Below are positions 39,831 through 52,132 of a DNA stretch of 64,000 nucleotides, in pieces (the stretch's first letter is position 1; each line of letters begins with the position of its first letter). The stretch is from Squalus acanthias (taxonomy: Eukaryota). The position numbers and the translations under genes were made by a program. The stretch covers positions 434,001 through 498,000 of the forward strand of contig JASTWF010000340.1 of assembly GCA_030390025.1 (NCBI GenBank). The letters run 5' to 3'. The notes under the pieces were generated by a model that saw nothing but the letters and a program-made list of their open reading frames with translations, made no database searches and was not told the DNA's origin.

Positions 39831-39859
39831 GAATTTCATCTGCCATCTATTTTGTTTTT

Positions 39860-41540
39860 CTTTTTTATTCATTCATGGGCTGTGGTCATCGCTGGCACGC
39901 CTTGCATTTATTGTCCATCCCTAGTTGCCCTTGAGAAGGTGGTGTTGAACCGCTGCAGTCGGTGATGGAAAGGCGCTCCCACAGTGCTGTTATGGAGGGA
40001 GTTGCAGGATTTTGACCCAGCGACAATGAAGGAATGGTGATATACTTCCAAGTCAGGATGGTGTGTGACTTGGTGGGGAAGTTACAGGTGATGGTGCTCC
40101 CATGCTGCTGCTGCCCTTGTCCTTCTAAGTGGTAGAGTCTGCATGTTTGGGAGGTACTGCCGATGAAACCTTGGCAAGTTGCTGCAGTGCATCTTGTAGA
40201 TGGTACACACTGCAGCCACGGTGCGCCGGTGGTGGAGGGAGTGAATGTTTAAGAACATAACATAAGAAGTAGGAGCAGGAGTAGGCCTCTTCTGTTCCAA
40301 GGAAAACAAACCCAGCTTATCCCAGTTAATATTGGGGTAGTTCAAATCTCCTACTAGTACTGTCCTATAGTTTTTGCACTTCTCAGAAATGTGTCGACAT
40401 ATTTGCTCTTCTATCTCCCTCTCACTGTTTGGGGGTCTATAGTACACTCCCAGCAGTGTGGTCGCCCCTTTTTTGTTTTTCCATTCGACCCATATGGCCT
40501 CGTTTAATGATCGCTCCAACATATCATCTCTCCTCACAGCTGTAATAGTTTATTTAATCAATACCGCGACACCCTCCCTTTTTACCACTCTCTCTACCCC
40601 TTTATGGTGATGAATGGGGTACCAATCAAGTGGGCTGCTTTGTCCTGGATGATGTCGAGCTTCTTGAGTGTTTTTGGAGCTGCACTCATCCAGACAAGTG
40701 TAGAGTATTCCATCACACTCCTGACTTGTGCCTTGTAGATGGTGGAAAGGATTTGGAGAGTCAGGAGGTGAGACAATCGCCGCAGAATACCCAGCCTTGA
40801 CCTGCTCTTTTAGCCACAGTATTTATGTGGCTGGTCCAGTTAAGGTTCTGGTCAATGGAAACCCCCAGGATACTGATGGTGACGGATTTGGCGATGGTAA
40901 TCCCATTGAATGTCAAGGGGATGTGGCTCTTGTTGGAGATTGTCATTGCCTGGCACTTGTTTCGTGTGATTATTACTTGCCACTTATCAACCCAAGGCTG
41001 AATGTCATCCAGGTCTTGCTGCATGCGGGCATGGACTGCTTCATTATCTGAGGAGTTGTGAATAGAATTGAATACTGAGCAATCATCGGCGAACATCCCC
41101 ACTTCTGACCACAGGATGGAGGGAAGGTCATTGATGAAATAGCTGAAGATGGTTGGGCCGAGGACACTGCCCTGATGTACTGCTGCAGCGATGTCCTGGG
41201 GCTGTGATGATTGACCTCCAAAAACCACAACCATCTTCCGTTGTGCCGGGTATGACTTGAGCCAGTGGAGAGTTTTCCCCCTGCTTTCCATTGACACAAT
41301 TTTACTGGGGCTCCTTGATGCCGCACTCAGTCCAATGCTGCCTTGATGTCAAGGGCAGTCACTCTCACCTCACGTCTGGAATTCAGCTCCTTTGTCCATG
41401 TTTGGACCAAGGCTGTAATGAGGTCTGGAGCCGAGTGGTCCTGCCGGAACTCAAACTGGCCATCGGTGAGAAGATTATTAGGGAGTAAGTGCCACATAAT
41501 AGCACTGTCGACGGCACCTTTCATCACTTTGCTCATTTCA
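39860..41540 (-). mobile_element. Second-family CR1/L2-group LINE (RT and 3' end), interrupted at about 40250-40600 by CR1 pieces
   Basis: Motifs ALDIKAALD, VHQGSVLGPTIFSYFINDLP, MFADDC and TIYKAQVRSVMEY. The insert encodes CR1 endonuclease LLGVYYRPPNS next to a CR1 3' tail remnant. Confidence 0.85.
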
Positions 41541-41634
41541 CCAGCCTGTCGATGTCCTCCTGAAGCCTACCTTATCCCACTATCTGTGTGTGTGTATATA
41601 TGTATATCAATTATATATATATATGTCTATATCA

Positions 41635-42225
41635 TTGATATATATCAAAAAGAGCACTGGTCCGAATAGCGACATCTGGGGGACACCACTGTGCACTTCC
41701 CTCCAGTCTGAACAACAACCGTTCACCACTACTCTCGGTTTTCTGTCCCTTAGCCAGTGTCAGATCCCCACTGCCACTGTCCCTTTGGTCCTAACAAGTC
41801 TATTCAATTGTACTTCATCAAATGCATTTTGAATGTCCATGTACACAACATCAAACGCACTACCCTCATCAACTCTCTCCGTTACTTCATCAAATAATTT
41901 AATCAAGTTTGTCAGACACACTTTGCCGTTAACATATCCATGCTGGTTGTCATTTATTAATGCATGTTTTTTCCAAAGACAGATACTTTTCTCTGTGAAT
42001 ATGGCCTCTACAGTTTTCCCAACACTGACGTTAGGCTGACTGGACTGCAGTTACAGGGTTTATCCCTCTCTTTTTTAAACAGAGTGTAACATTTTCAACC
42101 CTCCTGTCCTATGGCACCACTCCCATATCCGAGGAGGATTGAAATATTCTGGCCAGAGCCTGCGCTATTTCCACCATTCCTTCCCTCAGCAATCCTCATA
42201 TATTTCCCATCCGGACCGGGGAAAT
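41635..42225 (-). mobile_element. Decayed CR1 RT fragment
   Basis: The reverse strand contains remnants of 'PVSLTSVLGK', 'VDEGSAFDVVYMDIQNAFD' and '[10 protein letters not shown]'. Confidence 0.75.
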
Positions 42226-42265
42226 GTTCTACTTTACTGTGGTACAAAAAGTGTTGGATTGAAAG

Positions 42266-42380
42266 GGGTTAACTGAAGCTGTTTGTTCAGTGACTGTAAT
42301 TAATGGCAGTCTCCACGGGTTAACTGAAGTTGTTTGTTTAGTGACTGTAATTAATGTCAGTCTCCATGGACTCTAATTGT
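42266..42380 (+). promoter_or_regulatory. Putative GPCR proximal promoter: 51-bp direct duplication with TGTTTGTT and TAATTAAT motifs
   Basis: AACTGAAG..GTTTGTT.AGTGACTGTAATTAATG.CAGTCTCCA at 42271 and 42322, in unique sequence about 170-270 bp upstream of the ATG. Function is inferred only. Confidence 0.35.
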
Positions 42381-42538
42381 ATCAGTGCAGGGTTTCCCTC
42401 TTCTATTAATAAGGGACTCTTTTCAATGTGTTATCCATAGTGTCAGTGAGAGCATCACCTCCGGTACTGACAGGGATCAGCGTGCTGCTCCAGAGAGGGA
42501 GTCTGAATCTGAGCACTGTAGATTGGAATGTTACAACA

Positions 42539-42719
42539 ATGGATCAGAATCTGAGAACAGTAGATTGGAATGTTACAACAATGGGCAGGAGTTTCAGCTG
42601 GCAGTTTGACTTTCTTTCAGAAAATTACGATTGGCTGCCATTAGACTATCGGATCTATTACGCACTTCAGATTATTCAATGCATTTACTATCCCCTTCTT
42701 GCTGCTGTTGGTGTTCCTG
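42539..42719 (+). CDS. GPR139/GPR142-like class A GPCR, coding exon 1 (N-terminus and first part of TM1)
   Basis: ATG in ACAATGG context at 42539 (alternative at 42581). Encodes MDQNLRTVDWNVTTMGRSFSWQFDFLSENYDWLPLDYRIYYALQIIQCIYYPLLAAVGVP. Consensus donor G|GTAAGT at 42720, phase 1, in frame with exon 2. Confidence 0.88.
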
Positions 42720-42779
42720 GTAAGTCTCTCTATCCAGCTATTCTGTAAACCACGTTTCACTGTATTACTGTTTGTCTTT

Positions 42780-43265
42780 TAAATCTTGGGAAGAGCGAAG
42801 CCATTGTCTTCGGTCCTGGTCACAAACTCCATTCTCTATCTACCGATTCAGTCCCCTCCCTGGTCAATGTCTGAGGCTGAACCAGGCTGTTTGCAAACTC
42901 TGCGATCTTTTTGTCCCTGAACTGAGTTCCGAACTCATATCCTCTGAATCACCATTCCTGCCGACTGCCACCTCCAAAATTTCACCCATCTCCGCTCCAC
43001 CTCAGCCCTTCCGCTGCATAAACCCTCATCCATGCCTGTGTTATATCCAGACTCGACTATTCCAATACTCCCCTGTCCGGCCTCCCAGTACCAAGCCTCC
43101 ATAAACTAGAGCTCATCCAAAACTCTGCTGCCCATATCCTAACACACATCATGTCCCGTTCACCCATCACCCCTGTGATCACTGACCAACATTGGCTGCC
43201 GATCCGGCAACAACTCGATTTAAATATTCTCCTCCTCATGTTCAAATCCCACCATGGCCTCACCC
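42780..43265 (+). mobile_element. L2 LINE ORF2 C-terminal fragment
   Basis: LELIQNSAAHILT...SRSPITPVITDQHWLPIRQQLDLNILLLMFKSHHGLTP. Confidence 0.85.
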
Positions 43266-43474
43266 CTCAAATTATTCCCATTCCCTTGCTCTTTTCCCAT
43301 AGTCCTGCAAATTGTTCCCCTTCAGGTATTTATCCAATTCCCCTTTTAAAGTTAATTTATTTCCCTCCGTACCTCTCCCTGTCTTTCAGTCTCCATTTTT
43401 ATTTCTCTCTTTCTCCATTTCTCTCTCTCTTCCCCTCTTCTCTCTCCCTTTTCTCTCTCTCTGTCTCTTGCTCA

Positions 43475-43840
43475 TAGAATCATAGAACGGTACATCACAG
43501 ACGGAGGGCATTCGGCCCCTCGTGTCCGTGCCGTCTCTTTGAAAGTGTTATCAATTTAGTCCTACTCTTTAATCAGAGCCCCATAAAAAATTCCCCTTCA
43601 TCTAATTACCCCCATTCCCTTTCGAAATTTACCATTGAATCTGCTTCCACCACGTTCTCAGTCAGTGCATTCTAGATCTCATCTCACTGCGTAAAGAAAA
43701 TTCTCATCTCTCCTCTGGTTCTTTTGACAATTACTTTAAATTTGTTTCCTCTGGTTACCCACCATTCTGCCTCTGGAAACCGACTTACTTACGCTATCAA
43801 AACCCATTACAATCTGGAATATCTATACTAAATCTCCCCT
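43475..43840 (-). mobile_element. CR1 3' end (outer element of a nest, continues at 46590-47135)
   Basis: CATAGAAT tail. Breaks at AAATCTCCCCT and resumes CTTAACCTTCGCTGCTC at 46591. Confidence 0.75.
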
Positions 43841-46590
43841 GATGGAAAAGGACAAAGAAAGACCAGGTTTAAATGTTTTCAATTGGGGAAAGGCCAAATT
43901 TACTAAGCTGAGATGTGATTTAGGAAAAGTGGATTGGTAACAGCTTCTAAATTGGAAATCAGTGCAGAGCCGTGGGAAGCATTCAACGAGGAGATAGTGA
44001 GGGCTCAGAGCAAATATATTCCCAAAAAGATAAAGGATGGGTTTTCCAAATCTAGAGCCCACTGGATGTCAAGGGGAATACAGGGAACAAAAAGGGAAGC
44101 TTTTGTCAGATACCGAGAGCTCAATACTACAGAAAGCCTAGAGGGGTATAGAAATTGCAGGGATGAAATTAAAAAGTAAATTAGGAAAGCAAAGAGATGG
44201 CATGAAAAAATATTGGCACGTAAATCAAGGAAAACCCAAAGATATTTTATACATACATCAAGAGCAAGAGGATAGCTAAGGAAAGAGTCTGGCCTGTTAT
44301 AGACCAAAAAGTTAATCTGTGTGTAGAGGCGGAAGACGTGGACATGGTTCTTAATAAATACTTTTTGTCTGTCTTCACAGAAGAGTGAGACGATGCAGAC
44401 ATTGTAGTTAAGGAGGAGGTGTGTGAAATATTAGATGAGACAAACATAGTGAGAGAAGAAACATTAAGGGGTTTAGCATCTTTTAAATTAGATAAATCAC
44501 GAGGCTCGGATGAAATGTATCCCAGGCTTTTACGGGAGGAAATAGCGGAGGCTCAGACCATCATTTTCCAATCCTCTCTGGCTACCGGCGTGATGCCAGA
44601 GGACTGGAGGACTGCTAACGTTGTACCATTGTTTAAAAAGGGAGAAAGGGATAGACCGAGTAATTACAGGGCAGTCAGTCTAACCTTGGTGGTGGGTAAA
44701 ATATTGAAAGATTCTGAGGGGCATTATAAATCGGTATTTAGAAAGGCACAGATTAAACAAGGACAGTCAGCATGGTAATGTTAAGGTAAGGTCATGTCTA
44801 ACTAACTTGATTGAATTTTTTGAGGAGGGTCGATGGGGGGAGTGCATTTGATGTAGTCCACGTAGATATTAGTAAGGCCTTTGACAAGGTCCCACATGAC
44901 AGGTTGTTCATTGGATTCAAGGGAAAGTGGCAATTTGGATCCAAAATTGGCTCAGTGGCAGGAAGCAAAGGTCGTAATGGTCAACGGGTGTTTTTGTGAC
45001 TGGAAGGTTGTTTCCAGTGGGGTTCCACAGGGCTCAGTACTAGGTCCCCTGCTATTTGTGGAATATATCAATGATTTAGACTTCAGTGTTGGGGCCATGA
45101 TAAAGAAGTTTGCACTTGATACAAAAATTGGCCGTGTGGTTCATAGTGTGGAAGAAAGCTGTAGACTGCAAGAAGATATCAATGGACTGGTCAGGTGGGC
45201 AGAACAGTGGCAAATGGTCTTCATTTCGGAGAAGTGTGAGGTAATGCATTTGTGGCGGGCTAATAAAAATGGAATACACAATAAATGGTAGGATTCTGAG
45301 AGGTGCAGTGGAACAGAGGGACCTTGGATTGCATTTCCACATATCTCTAAAACTATCAGGACATGTAAATAGTGTAGGTAAAAAGGCATGTGGGATAAGA
45401 ACATGAGAACATAAGAAATAGGAGCAGGAGTAGGCCAATCGGCCCCTCGAGCCTGCTCCGCCATTCAATAAGATCATGGCTGATCTGATCCTAACTAAAA
45501 TCTAAAGAACACAAGAAGTAGGAGCAGGACCCGGCCACTCAGCCCCTGGGCCCGCTCCGCCACCCACAGGGCCTTGACCGATCCGAACTCAGCCTCATGT
45601 CCAATTTCCTGCCCGCTTCCCGTAACGCCTAATTCCCTTTACTTCTAGGAAACTGTCTATTTCTGTTTTAAATTTATTTAATGATGTAGCTTCCACAGCT
45701 TCCTGGGGCAGCAGATTCCACAGACCTACTACCCTCTGAGTGAAGAAGTTTCTCCTCATCTCAGTTTTGAAAGAGCAGCCCCTTATTCTAAGATTATGCC
45801 CCTTGGTCTAGTTTTACCCATCCTTGGGAACATCATTACCGCATCCACCCGTTCAAGCCCTTTCACAATCTTATATGTTTCAATAAGATCGCCTCTCATT
45901 CTTCTGAACTCCAATGAGTAGAGTCCCAATCTACTCAACCTCTCCTCATATGTCCACCCTTGTCCATCAATACATTGCTTTATTAGCCGAAGCATAGAAT
46001 ATAAAAGCAGGGAGTTTATGCTAGAACTGTATAAAACACCAATTAGGCCACAGCTAGAATACTGCGTACAATTTTGGTCAAAACATTACAGGAAAGATGT
46101 GATTGCAGTCGAGCCGTTATAGAGGTGATTTACGTGGATGTTGCCAAGACTGGAGAAAAGTCTGGGGTTCTTTACATTGGAACAGAGGAGGCTGATGGGA
46201 GATTAACTTGAGGTGTATAAAATTGTGAGGGGCCTAGATAGAGTGGATAGCAAGCATCTATTTCCCCTGGCAGAGAGGTCAATAACCAAGGAGCATAGAT
46301 TTAAAGTAATTGGTAGAAGGATTAGACGGGAGATGAGGAGAATTTGTTTCACCCAGAGGGCGGTGCGGGTCTGAAACTCAAGGCCTGAAAGGGTGGTAGA
46401 GGCAGAAACCCTCATCACGTTTAAAACGTACATGGATATGCACTTGAAGTGCCATCACCTACAGGGCTACGGACCAAGAGCTGGAAAGTGGGATTAAGCT
46501 GGATAGCTCTATTTCGACCGGCGCAGACACAATGGGCCAAATGGCCTCCTTCTGTGCCGTAAATTTCTACGATTCTACAATTCTGTGATT
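43841..46590 (+). mobile_element. CR1 LINE ORF2 (5' truncated, decayed), interrupted at about 45400-45965
   Basis: PEDWRTANVVPLFKKG, VSSGVPQGSVLGPLLF, resumes at about 45975, tail TTTCTACGATTCTACAATTCTGTGATT. Confidence 0.9.
45398..45962 (-). mobile_element. CR1 3' fragment with a doubled 3' terminus, inserted in another CR1
   Basis: WTYEERLSRLGLYSLEFRRMRGDLIETYK. Two AAGAAC...TAGGAGCAGGA termini at about 45400-45430 and 45505-45530. Confidence 0.85.
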
Positions 46591-47135
46591 CTTAACCTTC
46601 GCTGCTCTAAAATGAACAATCCCAGCTTCTCCTGACTCTCCACGTAATTGAAGTCCCAGATCCCTGGTACCATTCTGGTAACTCTCCGGTACACCTTCTC
46701 TAATCCTTGACATGCTTGCCAAAGTGTGGTGCTCAGAATTGGACACAATACTCCAGCTGGGGTCTAACCAATGATTTTTAATAGGTTGTCATTTCTACCT
46801 GGATTTTGTTACTCTATGTCTCTCTTTGTAAAGCCAAGGACTCCGTATGCTTTATTAACAGCCATCGCTACTTGTCCTGTCAACGTCAATGATTTGTGTA
46901 AGTACACACCAGATCTCTCTGATCATGCACCCGCTTTGAAATTGTACCGTTTAGTTTATATTACCTCTGCTCATTCTTCCTACCAACATGTATCACTTCA
47001 CCCTTCTCTGTGTTGAATTGTATCTGCCATGTGTCTGCCCATTTCACAAGTCTGTCTGCGTCCTCCTGAAGTCTGTTACCATCATTCTCACTGTTTATTA
47101 ACATTTCCGAGTTTTGTCATTTTCAAACTTTGAAA
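46591..47135 (-). mobile_element. CR1 ORF2 fragment (continuation of 43475-43840)
   Basis: The reverse strand has VRPQLEYCVQF-like and WQIQFN-like segments. Confidence 0.75.
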
Positions 47136-47147
47136 CCATGCGCTGTC

Positions 47148-50100
47148 ATAGAGTCATCGATAGTCATAGTTATACAGCACAGAAAGAGGTCCTTCCGCCC
47201 ATTGTGTCCGCGCCGGCCATCAAGCCCTATCTATTCTATTCCCATTTTCCAGCACTTGGTCCGTAGCCTTGTATGCTATAGCATTTCAAGTGCTCATCTC
47301 AATGCTTCTTGAATGCTGTGAAGGTTCCTGCCTCTACCGCCGTTTCAGGAAGTGAGTTCCAGATTCCAACCACACTCTGGATGAAAAAGATTTTCCTCAA
47401 ATCCCCTCTAAACCTCCTGTCCCTTACCTTGAAACTATGCGCCCTGGTTATTGACCCCTCTACTAAGGGGAACATTTCTTTCTATCTGCCCTATCTATGC
47501 CCATCATAATTGTGTACACCTCAATCAGGTCCCCCCTCAGCCTTCTCTGCTCTAAGGAAAACAACCCCAGCCTGTCCAGTCTCTCTTCATAGCTGCAGCG
47601 CTCCAGCCCAGGTAACATCCTGGTGAAACTCCTCTGCACCATCTCCAATGCAATCACATCCTTCCTATAGTGTGGCGACCAGAACTGCACACAGTATTCC
47701 AGCTGTGGCCTAACTAGCATTTTGTACGTCTCCAACACAACCAACCTGCACTTATATTCTATGAAGGCAGGTATCCCATATGTCTTTTTAACCACCTTAT
47801 CTACCTGTCCTGCTGCCTTCAGGGATCTATGTACATGTACACCAAGGTCCCTCTGATCCTCTGTCCTTTCTAGGGTCTTACCGTTCAATGTTTATCCCCT
47901 TGCCTTGTTATTCCTCCCAAAATGCATCACCTCACACTTTTCAGGGCTAAATTCCATTTGTCACTGTTCTGCCCATCTAACCAACCCGTCTATATCGTCC
48001 TGTAGTCTGAGGCTTCACTCCTCACTATTTACCACTCCAGCAATTTCGTGTAATCTGCGAACTTACTGATCATACCTCCTACATTCATATCTAAATCATT
48101 ATTGTACACTACAAACAGCAAAGGACCCAGCACCGATCCCTGCGGTACACCAATGGTCATAGGCTTCAAGTCACAAAAACAACCTTCGACCATCACCCTC
48201 TGCCTCCTGCCACGAAACAAATTTTGGATCCAATGTGCCAAATTGCCCTGGATCCCATGGGCTCTTACCTTCTTGACCAGTCTCCCATGTGGGACATTGT
48301 CAAAAGCCTTACTGAAGTCCATGTAGACGGCATCAACTGCACTACTCTCATCCACACACCGAGTCACCCCCTCGAAAAATTCAATCAAATTGGTTAGAAC
48401 TGATATCCCCCTTACAAAGCCATGCTGACCATCCTTGATTAATCCTTGCCTCTCCAAGTGTAGACTAATTCTGTCCCTCATAATTTTTTCCAATAATTTC
48501 CCTACCACTGATGTTAGGCTCACTGGCCTGTTATTCCCTGGTTTATCCCTACTACTCTTGTTGAATAATGGTACTACGTTAGCTGTTCTCCAGTCATCTG
48601 GCACCTCCCCTGTGACCAGAGAGGTTCTGAAAATTTGTGTCACAGCCCCTGCAATCTCCTCCCTTGCCTCACACAGCAGCCTGGGATACATCTCGTCTGG
48701 GCCTGGGGATTTATCCACTTTTATACCCACTAAAACTGCTAGTACGTCCTCCCTCTCAATACTAATTTGTTCAAGTTTATCACAATCCCCCTGCCTGATT
48801 TCTATGCCTACATCATCCTTCTCCATAGTGAACATAGCTGCAAAATATTCATTTGAAACCACACCCACATCTCCGGCTCTACACACAGATTGCCACTTTG
48901 GTCCCCAATGGGCCCTACTCTTTCCATGGTTTTCCTCTTGCCCTTGATATACTTATAAAATACCTTGGGATTTTCCTTTTTTCTGCCCACCAGTGTTTTT
49001 TTCATGCCCCCTCTTCGCTCTCCTAATTTCGTTTAAAATGCCCCCCTGCACTTTCTGTACTCCTCTGGTACTTCCACTGTTTTTAGTCCTTTGTATCTGT
49101 CAAAAGCCTCCCTTTTTTTCTTAATCCATTCTTGCATGTCCCTTGACATCGAGTGTTCTCTGGGCTTGTTGGTCCCACCCTTGACCTTTATGGGAACATG
49201 TTGGCATTGTACACTCTCTATTTCCTTTCTGAAAGACTCCCACTGCTCTGATGTGGATTTTCCTACAAATAGCTGATCCACTCCGCTTTGGCCAGATCCA
49301 GCCTTATCATATTAAATTCGGCATTTCCCCAATTTAGAAACTTTATTTCCGGTCCATCATTGTCCTTTTCCACGACTACCTTAAATCTCACCGAATTATG
49401 GTCACTGTCACCAAAATGCTCTCCTACTGACACTTCCACCGCTTGCGCAGCTGCATTCCCTAGAATTAGGTCCAGAACCACCCCCTGTCTGGTAGGACTT
49501 TCTACATGCTGGCTCAAAACGCTTTTCTGGATGCACTTTAAGAATTCCGCACCCTCTAAGCCTTTCACACTCTCACTATCCCAGTTGATATTGGGGAAGT
49601 TGAAATCCCCTACTATTATTACCCTATTATTTTGACACTTCTCTGAGATTTGCCTACATATATGTTCGTCTATCTCTCCCTGACTGTTTGGGGCCCTATA
49701 GTAAACTCCCAGCAAAGTGCTTGCTCACTTTTTGTTGTTAAGTTCTACCCATATGGCCTCATTAGAGGAACCTGCTAAGATATCATCCCTGCTTACAGCA
49801 GTAATTGACTCCTTGATTAATATTACGACACCCCCTCCTCTTTTACACCCCCCTCTGTCTCGCCTGAAGAATCTATATCCCGGAAAATTGAGCTGCCTTT
49901 CCTGCCCCTCCCTCCACCATGTCTCTGTGATAGCAACAATATCATACTCCCATGTGTTCATCAACACCTTCAATTCATCTGCCTTACTCGCAAGACTCAT
50001 TGCATTAAAATAAATGCCATCTAGCCTTGCCATAACCCCTTGTGCCGTTACATATTTGCTCTGCCTTCCAGGCTGATTATTTTTTTCCTGTATATTTGGT

Positions 50101-51350
50101 TGTGCATCACTCCCGACTATAGCTCCACTCCGTATCCCATCCCCCTGCCAAGTTAGATTAACCCCCCCGACCCCCCCCCCCTCCCGCCCCCCGAACAGTA
50201 TTAGCAAATCTCCCCACAAGAATGTTAGAATGTTGGTCCCGTTCCGGTTCAGGTTATTTCTGTCCGACTTGTGCAGTTCCCACCTTCCCCAGAAGAAGAC
50301 CCAGTGATCCAGGATACTAAAGCCCTCCCTCCTGCACCAACTCTTTAGCCACGCATTCATCTGCTCTATTCTCCTATTCCTATACTCACTAGCACGTGGC
50401 AACGGGAGTAAAACAGAGATTACAACCTTTGAGGTCCTGCTTTTTAATCTGCTACCTAGCTCCCTAAATTCTTGTTGCAGGACTTCATCCCTCTTTCTAC
50501 CCATGTTGTTGATACCAATGTGGATTACGACCTCTGACAGTTCGCCATCCGCCTTCAGAATACCCTGCAGCCATTCAGTGAAATCCTTGAACCTGGCACC
50601 AGGCAGGCAACATACCATCCTGGAGTCCCGTCTGCGGCGACAGAAACATCTATCTGTTCCCCTTACGATAGAATCCCCAATCACTATTGCTCTCCCACTC
50701 TTTTCACCCCCTCCTGTGGTGCTGAGCCACTCGTAGTGCCACGGAATTGGTCTTGCTGCATTCCCCTGAGAATCCATCTCCCCCATCAGTATCCGAAACG
50801 GAAAATCTGTTGAAGAGGTAGATGGACCCAGGGGACTCCTGCACTGCCTTACTAGTTCTTTTACACTGTGTGGCGGTCATCCATTTCCTGTTTGCCTGTG
50901 CACTTTTTACCTGCGGTGTTACCACCTCGTTAAACGTTCTATCCACGAATGTCTCAGCTTCGCGGATGCTCCATATTGACTCCAGTCGCAGATCCTACTC
51001 CGAAACGCGGATTTCGAGTAGCTGCAGCTGGAGACACTTCCTGCACATGTGTTCGCCCTGGACACCTAAAGTGTCCCTGACTTCCAACATAGCACAGGAG
51101 GAGCATTCCACGCTGCCGAGCTGCCCTGCCATGTCCTACCCTTAATTTACTCCCATTAAATTAAAGAATATTAAATACACCAGGTACCTTACTTCCCTGT
51201 AAACACTACTTGCTCTAAACTCGAGACCTTACTTTTACTTTAACGTTTGGACTGCAGAAATACTGACCAGCTCTTGGAAGCTGACAAAGACAGAAAAAGA
51301 AAGGAAAACATCCCTCCCTGAACTCCCTCACTCACCAGACTCGCAGCTTA
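47148..51350 (-). mobile_element. Near full-length CR1 LINE (ORF1 with SGNH/esterase-like domain, ORF2 endonuclease and RT), inactivated
   Basis: ORF1 RAIVIGDSIVRGTDR...VCCLPGAR. Endonuclease IVAITETW, GVYYRAPNS, GDFNFPNINW, GDSDHNSV. RT 48029-48886. CTATGA-type tail at about 47150. Multiple frameshifts. Confidence 0.95.
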
Positions 51351-51395
51351 ACACTCGGTTCCAAGCTGCACTCCATGACAAACTGAACTCAAGCC

Positions 51396-52132
51396 AGTAC
51401 TGAGGGAGTGCTGCATTGTTGGAGGGTCAGTACTGAGGGAGTGCATCTGTGTCAGAGGGACAGTACTGAGGGAGCACTGCACTGTCAGAGGGGCATTACT
51501 GAGGGAGCACCGCACTGTCGGAGGGGCAGTACTGAGAGAGCACTGCACTGTCAGTGGGGCAGTACTGAGGGAGCACTCCACTGTCAGAGGGGCAGTACTG
51601 AGGGAGCACTGCACTGTCAGAAGGGCAGTACTGAGGGAGCACTGCACTGTCAGAGGGGCGGTACTGAGCGAGCACTGCACTGTCAGAGGGGCAGTACTGA
51701 GGGAGCACTGCACTGTCAGAAGGGCAGTACTGAGGGAGCACTGCACTGTCAGAGGGGCAGTACTGAGGGAGCACTGCACTGTCAGAAGGGCAGTACTGAG
51801 GGAGCACTGCACTGTCAGAGGGGCAGTACTGAGGGAGCACTGCACTGTCAGAAGGGCAGTACTGAGGGAGCGCTGCACTGTCAGAGGGGTAGTACTGAGG
51901 GAACACTGCACTGTCAGAGGGGCAGTACTGAGGGAGCACTGCACTGTCAGAAGGGCAGTACTGAGGGAGCGCTGCACTGTCAGAGGGGTAGTACTGAGGG
52001 AACACTGCACTGTCAGAGGGGCAGTACTGAGGGAGCAGTGTACTGTCAGAGGGGCAGTACTGAGGGAGCACTGCACTGTCAGAGGGGCAGTACTGAGGGA
52101 GCGCTGCACTGTCAGAGGGGCAGTACTGTCAG
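51396..52132 (+). repeat. 33-bp minisatellite, about 22 units, CAGTACTGAGGGAGCACTGCACTGTCAGAGGGG
   Basis: Gives 11-aa periodic ORFs and runs directly into the SINE body. Confidence 0.95.

Noticed and set aside
47148..51350. Near full-length CR1 as an active element, or its SGNH domain as a host esterase
   Set aside because: ORF1 and ORF2 are broken into many frames, and an esterase-like ORF1 domain is a known feature of CR1 elements.
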